The notes under the pieces: model-generated
The model's input: only the letters and a program-made list of their open reading frames with translations
Databases searched by the model: none
Told to the model about the DNA's origin: nothing
Program-made: the position numbers and the translations under genes
Source of the DNA: Sphingopyxis sp.
Lineage (GTDB): Bacteria; Pseudomonadota; Alphaproteobacteria; Sphingomonadales; Sphingomonadaceae
DNA: 64,000 bases
Direction: 5' to 3'
NCBI GenBank assembly: GCA_002733865.1
Contig: NVXM01000010.1
Location: 49,953-113,952, forward strand
Part shown: piece by piece, positions 10,243 through 20,311 of the stretch
How the letters are laid out: every line of letters begins with the position of its first letter
Position numbering within the stretch: the first letter of the stretch is position 1

Positions 10243-10815
10243 ATGCAAAAGCATCCGCCAAGCAATAATCAAAAATGTGCAAACTGCCTCATCTTGGAGC
10301 AGGAAATAGTTGCACTGAAAGAGGATCTCGCCGAAATGAAGCAGCATGCTTATCATGACGTGCTTACCGGACTTTCAAACCGCCGCTTTTTTGTCGAGAG
10401 CCTCGAGAACCGGGTCGAGCGGTGTCGGCGCTATGGCGACAATTCTGCCCTGGTATTTCTTGACGTCGACAAGTTAAAAGCGGTCAACGACACACACGGC
10501 CATGCTGCCGGTGACGCACTGCTGATCCGCTTGGCCAAGATATTGAAAAACCATACGCGGGCGACGGATGTGGTGGCGCGGATCGGCGGCGACGAATTTG
10601 GTTTGCTGCTCGACCATCTGGATGGCGATGAGGTTGTGGCCAAAATCGATGTTCTGAACGCAAAGCTCGGATCGGCCAATCTGGTCCATGCCGGCATCAC
10701 TCTGCCCCTGAGCGCTTCGTTCGGTTATTGTTTCATTGGTCCGCAGGACACGACAGATGGGCTGATGTCTCGCGCCGATGCCGCCATGTATGATGCAAAA
10801 GACGAGTTCAGATAA
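10243..10815 (+). CDS. Diguanylate cyclase (short coiled coil + GGDEF)
   Basis: DVLTGLSNRR, NDTHGHAAGD, RIGGDEF. Confidence 0.92.
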   Translation: MQKHPPSNNQKCANCLILEQEIVALKEDLAEMKQHAYHDVLTGLSNRRFFVESLENRVERCRRYGDNSALVFLDVDKLKAVNDTHGHAAGDALLIRLAKILKNHTRATDVVARIGGDEFGLLLDHLDGDEVVAKIDVLNAKLGSANLVHAGITLPLSASFGYCFIGPQDTTDGLMSRADAAMYDAKDEFR

Positions 10816-11052
10816 AGGATCGCCGCTGCGCCACCATGGTTCATCGGGAGCAGCAAATGGCTGGTGCCCGATTTGCGTTTCGCAAAGTCGTCGGAATGTT
10901 CTCTGAAATATAATTGGTTTCAAGATAACTATTCTGAAAATACTTTATTATTTAATCATAAAAATAAATCATATATTTAATGAGTTAATTCAGAGAGACA
11001 TATTCTCGGAATTTAATATTTTTATTATCAATATTAGATTCCAACAAAAGGA

Positions 11053-11541
11053 ATGTGGAAGATGGAGCCGCACAGTTATCAAGATACGCTCACTGGCATT
11101 TCAAACCGCCGTTTTTTCGTAGAAAATCTGGACTACCGGCGTCAGCGATGTGTGAGCCACGGCGATAATTGTGCGATATTGTTTCTCGACCTTGAAAATT
11201 TGAAAGTGGTTAACGCGACATATGGGCGGACGGTCGGGGACGCGCTGTTAATGCGTGTGGCAAAAATCCTGACCCGGCACGTTCGGGAAAGTGATGTGGC
11301 AGCGCGCATCGCAGGAAACAAATTCGGCCTGCTGTTCGAACATTTGAACGGCGATCAGGTCGAGAACAAGATCGCGTTCCTTTTCAGCCATCTCAAAGGC
11401 GAGCAAATCTTCCATGCCTGCGAGAGGATTCCCCTCGGTGCTTCCATAGACTATTGCTGCATGGGACCGCAGGATACGACCGACGGAATGATGGCCCGGT
11501 CCGAATTCACGACCTATGGTGCCAACGGCAGAGCTGCCTAG
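11053..11541 (+). CDS. Degenerate GGDEF-domain protein
   Basis: Collinear with the upstream gene, but the active site reads AGNKF. Confidence 0.8.
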   Translation: MWKMEPHSYQDTLTGISNRRFFVENLDYRRQRCVSHGDNCAILFLDLENLKVVNATYGRTVGDALLMRVAKILTRHVRESDVAARIAGNKFGLLFEHLNGDQVENKIAFLFSHLKGEQIFHACERIPLGASIDYCCMGPQDTTDGMMARSEFTTYGANGRAA

Positions 11542-11550
11542 CCGCTCTGG

Positions 11551-12237
<687 letters not shown>

Positions 12238-12302
12238 TGATTGTCCTTAAACTTGTGTTCGCATCTCTCTAGCGGTGATCATATCGACCGCCAAGAGTGA
12301 TT

Positions 12303-12924
12303 TCAGACGAATATCCGGGTCATCGTATAATAGGCACCGAGCGAGCCGACCAGATAGAGAGCAGGGCGGACCAGCCAATTTTGCCGGTCGACGGACAGCC
12401 GGCTGAACAGCCAGTAACCGGCCAGAACCGCAGCGACAAACAGGATCTGGCCGGCTTCCACACCCAGATTGAACAACAGCAGTGCCCAGATTTCCTGGCC
12501 TTTGGGCAGGCCGATCTCGGACAGCGCGCCGGCAAAGCCAAGCCCGTGCAAAAGACCAAAGGCCATCGCAACGACCCAGGGCTGGCGGATGGTGAAACTG
12601 GTTTTACCGGCCTGCTTGCGGACAACCTCAACCGCCAGAAAGAAAATGCTGAGCGCGATCAACAACTCGACCGGCCCGCTGGGCAGACGAAACAGACCCA
12701 GCGCCGTGATGGCCAGCGTCAGACTATGGCCAGCGGTAAAGGCAGTGATTACCCACAATATCCGGCGCACCGGAGTCAGCAACAGCAGGCCGAGAACGAA
12801 CAGCAGGTGATCCCAGCCGAACAGCATATGTTCCGCGCCGATCCGCAGATAGGCACTGGCTGGCGAATTTCCGCTTTCGCTTGCCAGCGAAAACCCGGTG
12901 CTCGCCGGCCGCAACAAACCAGCT
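12303..12924 (-). pseudogene. HupE/UreJ family membrane protein, 5'-truncated
   Basis: GAEHMLFGWDHLLFV, FTAGHSLTL, FGLLHGLGFA, FNLGVEAGQ; upstream sequence is TonB receptor coding DNA on the other strand. Confidence 0.75.
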
Positions 12925-15166
12925 GGCGTCTGGCTCGGTCGTGCTGCGGATCCGTGGTGTCGGTACGACATCCAACAATATCGGTTTTGAATCGGCTGTC
13001 GGTATCTTCATCGACGGCGCCTATCAGTCCCGTCCGGGCGTTGCCCTTTCCGAATTTGTCGACGTCGAACGCGTCGAGGTCTTGCGTGGCCCACAGGGTA
13101 CTCTGTTCGGTCGCAACACTTCTGCCGGTGCCTTGAACATCACCAATGTTCGTCCCGACCTCAACGAATTTGGCGGTTTCGCAAATGCGACATACGGCAA
13201 TCGCGATCTGTACAGCGTGCAGGGCGCCGTCAACGTACCGCTGGTTCAGGACAATCTGGCTCTGCGCGTCACCGGTGCCTATCGGCAGCGTGACGGCTAT
13301 GTGACCGTGGTCGACCAGACCGGCACAAAAGTCGGCGACTCGAACGGTAGCGATCAATATCTGGTTCGTGCCCAGCTCGGCTTTGAAACCGACAGCGGCA
13401 TCAGCGGCCGTCTGATCGGCGATTATGCCAAGAGCTCCGCCGGCTGCTGTGCAGCGATTGAAGTGTTGCAATCGCCTGTTGAAACATTGGGCGCATTCGC
13501 CGCCGTCGGGCTCGGCCCTCGCGGCGGAATGGCCGCACCGGATGTTGCCGTAAATCCATTCGACACGACAACAGCAGAACGCGCCGTGGACAATCGGATC
13601 GCAACCGCCAATTTTGCTCCCGTCACGAATTTTGACCAATGGGGCGTGACCGGTGAAATCGAAGTGCCTCTCGGGGATTTTGCGGATCTGATCTATATCG
13701 GATCCTACCGCGAATATGACGCGTTCGAAGCTTATGACTCCGATTTCTCGGGTCTCGACGTCTTCAACGTGACCGCTAACCGCACATCAATTGAAACCAT
13801 GACCCATGAGTTGCGGCTCCAGGGTGACGCATTCGGCGGTGCTCTGAACTGGCTCGTTGGTGGTTATTATTCCGATGAAGACATCAATCAGTCGGTCAGC
13901 TTCGAGCTCGGCGAAGATTATGGTGAACTGGTCGGAGCCTTGTTCTTCGGCCCAACCGGTGGCGCTTTTGGTGCCAATCCGCTGACGATATTGTCCGGCG
14001 GTATTGATCCGGCTGGCACGACCAACACCAATCTCTATTCGCAGAGCAGCAAGAGCTGGTCGATCTTCACGCATAATACGCTGGAAGTTACGGATGGCCT
14101 CGAATTGACTTTGGGTCTGCGTTATTCGGATGAAAGCAAGGATGGCTCGTTCACTCAGGGCAACAACAACAATCCTCTCTGTCCTGCGATCCTCGCGTCG
14201 ATTGGTGCGGGCAACGTTCCGGCCCCGCTGATCTCCAACGTGTTCGGTACCGGCTGCTTTGCCTTTACCGCACCGGCCGACTTGTCAGCGGCAGCCGTAT
14301 TCCCGCTGCCACGGACCTTCGCCAGCAAGTTTAGCGACAATGAGCTGATCTACACCGGTAAAATAGCCTATGCTTTCGCCGATCCGATCAACATCTATGC
14401 GAGCTTTACCCACGGTTATAAATCGGGTGGCTTCAACCTTGATTCCACCGCTGCGGCTGGCGGCGCTGATCCGCGCTTCCTGTCCGAAGAAGTGGACTCG
14501 TACGAAATTGGTCTGAAAGCCAAATTCCTCGACAATGCGGTCACCTTGAACGTTGCTGCGTTCCGTGAGGAGTTCAAGAACTTCCAGGTTCTGGAATTCA
14601 CCGGCGCCCAGTTCCAGACGTTCAACGTGCCGAAGGCGGAAACACAGGGTGTGGAAATCGAATCGACGATCCGTCCGAGCGAACATTTCACGGTCAACGC
14701 GGCTTTGACGATCACCGATGCCAATTATCCAAGCGATTGCGCCGGTACGCAAACGGCTGCGAATGTTGTCGCCTTGTGCGGCAATTCGCTGACCAACGCA
14801 CCGGACGTCGTGGGTATTACAGGGGCTACCTATACCAATGAAATTGGTAACAACCTGAAATACTTCCTCAACGCACAGATGCGTTTTGAAGGTGATCGCC
14901 GGACGTCCACCCAGGCGATTGATCCGGCAAACCTGGCTTTGAACAATCCTGTTCCGTTCGATACCCAGGATGGCAATATCAAGATCAACCTGCGCGCCGG
15001 TATCGGTAGCCAGGAAGACACTTGGGGCATCGAAGCCTTCGTGACCAACCTGACCAACGAAGTGACCCGCGGTGTGACCTTCAACACGGTGCTGCGTTCC
15101 GGTTCGCGTTCGGCCTTCGTTCAGGAGCCACGCAGCTACGGCCTGACCCTTCGCGGCAAGTTCTAG
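12919..15166 (+). pseudogene. TonB-dependent receptor lacking its N-terminus
   Basis: Plug motif VEVLRGPQGTLFGRNTSAG, GYKSGGFN, C-terminal F; no signal peptide, TonB box or plausible start. Confidence 0.8.
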
Positions 15167-15206
15167 GCGCACCGGAAATTTGGTGACAAATTGTCATCAG
15201 ACAATC

Positions 15207-15233
15207 AGGGGCCGGGTTTTCCGGCCCCTTTTT
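15207..15233 (+). terminator. Rho-independent terminator
   Basis: aggggccgg-gtttt-ccggcccct followed by a T run. Confidence 0.8.
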
Positions 15234-15270
15234 ATTGCGCGGCAGACCCATTGGTGCAAAGACTGATCTC

Positions 15271-16431
15271 ATGAAAAACTATATATTCCAGACCGTCCCC
15301 GTGCTCCATTTTGGCGAGGGCTGTCTTGCCCGGCTGCCCGAGCAGATCGCTGCCTTGCGGGCCTCCCGGCCGATGATCGTGACTGACAAGGGTATCGTTG
15401 ATGCCGGCCTGATTGGCCCGGTAGAAGAGACCCTGGGGTCCGCCGGTTTCGATAGCGTGCGGTTCGACGCCGTAGTCCCCGATCCGCCAGAGAGGATCGT
15501 CTTGCAGGCGATCGACGCGGCGAAAGCGGCGAATGTTGATATCGTCATCGGTCTCGGCGGTGGCAGTTCGCTCGATACTGCCAAGGTCGTGGCCGCGCTT
15601 GCCGTCGACGACGCCCAGCCGCTGGCCGAAATTTATGGTGTCGGCGCGCTCCACCGCAAGGGCCTGCCGACGGTCCTGATCCCGACCACTTCGGGCACCG
15701 GATCGGAAGTGACCGCCATCTCGATCCTGACCACTGGCGAGACCACCAAGGCCGGTATTGTCTCGCCCCATCTGTTCGCCGATGTCGCGCTGCTCGATCC
15801 GGCGCTGACGCTCGGGCTGCCCGCGAACGTAACCGCTGCCACCGGCATCGACGCGATGGTGCACGCGATTGAAGCCTTCACTGGCCAGCACGCGAAAAAC
15901 CCGGTTTCCGACATGCTGGCTATCGAGGCTCTGAAACTGCTCACCGGCAATATCGAAACCGCCTGTTCCGACGGGCAGAATATGCAGGCGCGAGAGGCGA
16001 TGCTCCGCGGCTCAATGCTTGCCGGCCAGGCCTTTGCCAACAGTCCGGTCGGCGCGATCCATGCGCTCGCCTATCCGCTTGGCGGCATCTATCATGTCCC
16101 GCACGGGCTCTCCAACGCGCTGGTCATGCCCTATGTCATGCAGTTCAATCTCGAGGCTGCGGCGCCACTCTATGCGCAGCTTGCCGATGCGCTGGATGTG
16201 CCCCGCGGCAGCGAGAACAGCGAGGAAGCCCGCGCCCAGCAGTTTATCGACTATCTGGAATCGCTCGCGGTGAAGGTGAAGGCACCCCGCAAGTTGCGCG
16301 AGATCGGCATCAAGCAGGAGGCGACCACCGAACTGGCGGAAGCGGCGATGCTGCAGACCCGCCTGCTCGTCAACAATCCCAAAGAATTGACGCTTGCCGA
16401 TGCGCAAAGGATTTACGATGCCGCCTGGTAA
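15271..16431 (+). CDS. Iron-containing alcohol dehydrogenase
   Basis: GLGGGSSLD, PTTSGTGSE, GIDAMVHAIE, HALAY..HVPHG. Confidence 0.93.
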   Translation: MKNYIFQTVPVLHFGEGCLARLPEQIAALRASRPMIVTDKGIVDAGLIGPVEETLGSAGFDSVRFDAVVPDPPERIVLQAIDAAKAANVDIVIGLGGGSSLDTAKVVAALAVDDAQPLAEIYGVGALHRKGLPTVLIPTTSGTGSEVTAISILTTGETTKAGIVSPHLFADVALLDPALTLGLPANVTAATGIDAMVHAIEAFTGQHAKNPVSDMLAIEALKLLTGNIETACSDGQNMQAREAMLRGSMLAGQAFANSPVGAIHALAYPLGGIYHVPHGLSNALVMPYVMQFNLEAAAPLYAQLADALDVPRGSENSEEARAQQFIDYLESLAVKVKAPRKLREIGIKQEATTELAEAAMLQTRLLVNNPKELTLADAQRIYDAAW

Positions 16432-16867
16432 AAGTCCGAGAGCGGAGCCACCGGTCCGGGCCGATTATCGCGCCGGCTCTGCGATCACCACCCGCTGGAA
16501 CGACAATGATCCCTATGGCCATGTCAACAATGCCATCTATTATTTCTGGTTCGACACGGCTGTAAACCGCTATCTGGTCGAGCAGGGCGCGCTCGATATC
16601 ACTGGCGGTGCCACCATCGGGCTGGTCGTCAAAACCAGCTGCGACTATTTCGCCCCGATTGCCTTTCCCGACGAGGTGATGGCCCGCATCCGCGTCGACC
16701 GGCTCGGCAACAGCAGCGTAACCTACGGCGTCGGTCTGTTCCGCGGTGACGAGGATATCGCCTCGGCAGCGGGCAGCTTCACCCATGTCTATGTAGACCG
16801 CGAAACGCGTCGTCCGGTTTCTCTCCCATCCTCCTTGCGTTCGGCGCTGGAGGCGATAAAGGTTTAA
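16418..16867 (+). CDS. Acyl-CoA thioesterase (4HBT family)
   Basis: RWNDNDPYGHVNNAIY. Confidence 0.9.
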   Translation: MPPGKSPRAEPPVRADYRAGSAITTRWNDNDPYGHVNNAIYYFWFDTAVNRYLVEQGALDITGGATIGLVVKTSCDYFAPIAFPDEVMARIRVDRLGNSSVTYGVGLFRGDEDIASAAGSFTHVYVDRETRRPVSLPSSLRSALEAIKV

Positions 16868-16896
16868 TCAGTCGATTAAATTCTTGGGAGAGAGAC

Positions 16897-18039
16897 ATGC
16901 TACGCCCCTTTGAGACGGAAGAACGCCGCCAGTTTCGCGAAACCTGCCGCCGCTTTGTCGAAACCGAATTGCAGCCGCACGCCAACGAATGGGACGAGGC
17001 CGGCGAAATCCCATGGGAGATGCACCAGAAGGTCGGCGCGCTCGGCGTCTGGGGCTTTGGCGTGGACGAGAAATATGGCGGGCTCGGCATGGACGATATC
17101 TTCATGCGCGCTGCCTGGGCCGAGGAAGCCGCCCGCGCCCACAATGGCGGCACGCTCGCCGCGCTCGGCGGCCGCTCGATCTCGATCGGCCCGATCCACA
17201 AGCTGGCATCCGAAGACATCAAGGACCGCATCCTCAAGGATATCGTGCTCGGCCACAAGGGCTCCAGCCTCGGCATCACCGAGCCGGGCGGCGGCTCCGA
17301 TGTCGCCAATATGCAGACCACCGCACGGCAGGATGGCAACCACTGGGTGATCAACGGCGCCAAGGCCTTTATCACCGGCGGCATGACCGCCGACTATTAT
17401 GTCATCGGTGCCCGCACCGGCGGCGAGGGGTTGAACGGCATCTCGCTGTTCCTGGTCGAGAAGGACGCGGAGGGCTTCTCCCGCACCGCGCTCGACAAGA
17501 AAATGGGCTGGTGGGCGTCGGACCAGGCCTCGCTCTATTTCGACGAGGTGCGCGTCCCGGCCGAGAACATGCTTGGCGAAGAGGGACGCGGCTTCATCCA
17601 GATCATGCACAATTTCAACCACGAACGGCTCGGCATGGTCGCGCAAAGTCTTGGCATGATGCGGGTGCTGCTCGAATATGCGATTGATTATGCCCAGCAG
17701 CGCCAGACGTTCGGCAAGCCGCTGATCAAGCATCAGGTGATCCGCCACAAAATCGCCGAGATGTCGGCCCGGATCGACCGGCTCGACGGCTGGCTCAACC
17801 AGATTTGCTGGCTCGCCGAACAGGGCGAGATGCCGGTCGCACAGATCTGCAAGGCCAAGTTCAGCGCCACCAAGGATCTCGAATATTGCGCCAGCGAGGC
17901 GATGCAGATTCTCGGCGGAGCTGGCTATCTGCGCGGCAACCCGGTCGAGCGCTTCTATCGCGAGGTCAAGGTGATGGCGATCGGCGGTGGCTCGGAAGAA
18001 ATCATGCGCGATCTCGCGGTCCGGCAAATGGGCCTCTGA
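16897..18039 (+). CDS. Acyl-CoA dehydrogenase
   Basis: ITEPGGGSD, NGAKAFIT, RQTFGKPL, IGGGSEEI. Confidence 0.95.
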   Translation: MLRPFETEERRQFRETCRRFVETELQPHANEWDEAGEIPWEMHQKVGALGVWGFGVDEKYGGLGMDDIFMRAAWAEEAARAHNGGTLAALGGRSISIGPIHKLASEDIKDRILKDIVLGHKGSSLGITEPGGGSDVANMQTTARQDGNHWVINGAKAFITGGMTADYYVIGARTGGEGLNGISLFLVEKDAEGFSRTALDKKMGWWASDQASLYFDEVRVPAENMLGEEGRGFIQIMHNFNHERLGMVAQSLGMMRVLLEYAIDYAQQRQTFGKPLIKHQVIRHKIAEMSARIDRLDGWLNQICWLAEQGEMPVAQICKAKFSATKDLEYCASEAMQILGGAGYLRGNPVERFYREVKVMAIGGGSEEIMRDLAVRQMGL

Positions 18040-18088
18040 TCCCGCTTGCCATTTCCGCGTTCGGGCGGATAAGCAGAGCGTCTGAACC

Positions 18089-18116
18089 CCGTTCGTGCTG
18101 AGCCTGTCGAAGCACG
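18089..18116. repeat. Single REP-like hairpin, family D
   Basis: ccgttcgtgctgagcctgtcgaagcacg resembles 5562-5590. Confidence 0.65.
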
Positions 18117-18158
18117 CAGCGGCAACCGGCAGGCAACCGGTTTCGACACTATGGGCTG

Positions 18159-19094
18159 ATGGAACAACATATGTCCGATTTGATCTCTGCCGACCGCCAA
18201 ACCGAGGACGCGCCGCCTCTGCTGCCCGCAGGATCGGTGCTGATCGGCCTGCTGTCGTTCGCGATGATGGATGTGGCGATGAAGCGCCTGTCGATCGATC
18301 TCGGCGCCTATAATGCGCTGCTCTGGCGCGTACTGACGGCGCTGGTGCTGGTCTCGATCCTCTACCTGCCGCGTCGCCCGAAAATGCCGGGCCCGACCGC
18401 GCGCAAGGTGCACCTCCAGCGCGGTATCATCGTCGTCTTCATGTCCTATCTCTTCTTCTGGGGCCTCGCCCGGGTGCCGCTGGCCGAGGCAATCGCGCTG
18501 TCCTTCATCGCGCCGATCATCGCTCTCTATCTGGCGGCGGTGTTCCTCGGCGAGACCATCCACCGCAACGCCATCTATGCCTCTCTTCTCGGCTTCGGCG
18601 GCGTGCTGGTGATCGCCTGGGGCAGGGCGTCGGGCGATTATGATGAAGCGGCGCTGCTCGGGATCGGCGCGATCCTGGCATCTGCCGTGCTCTATGCCGG
18701 CAATCTGGTGATCCAGCGACAGCAGGCCCTGCTCGCTGGCCCGATGGAGATCAGCTTCTCGCAAAATCTGATCATCGGCGCTGCCTTCCTGCTGCTTGCG
18801 CCCTTCTTCGCCGTCCTGCCCGACCGCGCCTCGCTCCCCTATATCGGCGCCGGTGCTGTCCTGTCGGTAATCTCGGCCCTGTTCATCGCATGGGGCTATA
18901 GGCGGGCCGAGGCGAAATATCTGATCAATCTGGAATATAGCGCCTTCATCTGGGCGGCGATCTTCGGCTGGCTGTTCTTCCGGGAACCGATCACATGGAC
19001 CACGGTGGCGGGCGCGCTGCTGATCGTTGCGGGCTGCTATCTGGCGACCCGTCGCGATCGCAAGCTCGCCCATATCGAAACCACTGCGGTCTGA
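18159..19094 (+). CDS. DMT/EamA family transporter
   Basis: About 10 hydrophobic helices; FLGE and FFREP repeat ends. Confidence 0.9.
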   Translation: MEQHMSDLISADRQTEDAPPLLPAGSVLIGLLSFAMMDVAMKRLSIDLGAYNALLWRVLTALVLVSILYLPRRPKMPGPTARKVHLQRGIIVVFMSYLFFWGLARVPLAEAIALSFIAPIIALYLAAVFLGETIHRNAIYASLLGFGGVLVIAWGRASGDYDEAALLGIGAILASAVLYAGNLVIQRQQALLAGPMEISFSQNLIIGAAFLLLAPFFAVLPDRASLPYIGAGAVLSVISALFIAWGYRRAEAKYLINLEYSAFIWAAIFGWLFFREPITWTTVAGALLIVAGCYLATRRDRKLAHIETTAV

Positions 19095-19097
19095 GCG

Positions 19098-20188
19098 GTG
19101 GCGCTGCCCATCCCCAACCGGCAGGCGCGCTGGCTCTGGCTGAACGCGCAGGCGCTGTCCGACACACCGACCGGTCCCCTGAACCTGCCGGAGACGATCC
19201 GCCGCCTCGGCTTCGTCCAGCTCGACACCATCCAGAATGTCACCCGCGCCCACCACCATATCCTTTGGAGCCGAAACCAGAATTACCGCGAACCGATGAT
19301 CGACAAGCTGTTGGGGCAGGACCGCGCAGTGTTCGAACATTTCACTCATGATGCCTCGCTCCTCCCGATGGAATTTTATCCGATGTGGCAACGCCAGTTC
19401 CGGTGTCTCGGCGAAAAGGTCGCGAACTATGCGTCGTTTCGCAAGGCGGCGCGCGCAATCGATGGCCAGCAGATCAAGTCGCGGATCGCGGCGGAAGGGC
19501 CGCTGTCGACCCATGATTTCGACACCAGGGTCGAGGGCAAAAAGCAGATGTGGGATCGCCCGCCGCACAAGCGCGTACTCGACCAGCTCTGGTATGCGGG
19601 CGAACTGGCGACCTCGCACCGCAAAAATTTTGCCAAATATTATGATCTCGCGGAGCGGGTGATCCCGTCCCGCTATCGCGAGACCTTCCACGACGACGCG
19701 ACCCAGATCGAATGGCTGTGCCGCAACGCCATCGACCGGCTGGCTTTCGGCACGCTTGGCGAAATTCAGCGTTTCTGGGGCGCAGTCGATGCAAAGGAAA
19801 TAAGAAGCTGGGCGCAGGGCGCGCGCGATCTGGTTCCGGTGAAACTGCAAGCGCATGACGGCCAATGGCGCGATGCACTGGCACTGCCGGATATCGAAGA
19901 ACGCCTCACAGCTCTTGCAGCGCCAACAGCGCGGTTGCGGATCATCAATCCGTTCGACCCGGTGGTGCGGGATCGCAACCGTTTGCTGACCCTGTTCGGT
20001 TTCTTCTACCGCAATGAGATGTTCGTCCCGGCAGCGCAGCGCCAGTGGGGCTATTATGTCTATCCGATCCTGGAGCGCGACCGTTTCGTGGGACGGCGGC
20101 ACGGCAGGGCAAGCTGGCAGCGGAGCTGGCGCGACTGGCCCGCCTGATCGGGGTCGGTGAAGTGCTGTGGGAATGCGACTGTCAGTGA
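19098..20188 (+). pseudogene. YcaQ/AlkZ-like crosslink-repair DNA glycosylase with an internal deletion/frameshift near the 3' end
   Basis: VQLDTIQ motif, NPFDPVVRDR, GYYVYPIL..DRFVGR; a family-like tail TAARQGKLAAELARLARLIG continues in another frame to 20188. Confidence 0.75.
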
Positions 20189-20311
20189 CTATTGGAGTGG
20201 CGGCAGATGAACGCTCCGGCAGCCCGCAATATCGCAGAAAAAGACTGGCCAGCCGCGCCAGCGCTCTTAATCGTTGGCATCGCGAATCATCCCCCGCTAA
20301 GAGGGTCGGCG

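Noticed and set aside
12917-12930. aaccagctggcgtc resembling the reverse complement of the ankyrin-cassette repeat core
   Set aside because: Short gapped match, explained by the coding sequences on each side of the junction.
15184-15196. TGACAA-A-TTGTCA dyad as an operator
   Set aside because: Single short palindrome upstream of a terminator, with no regulator nearby.
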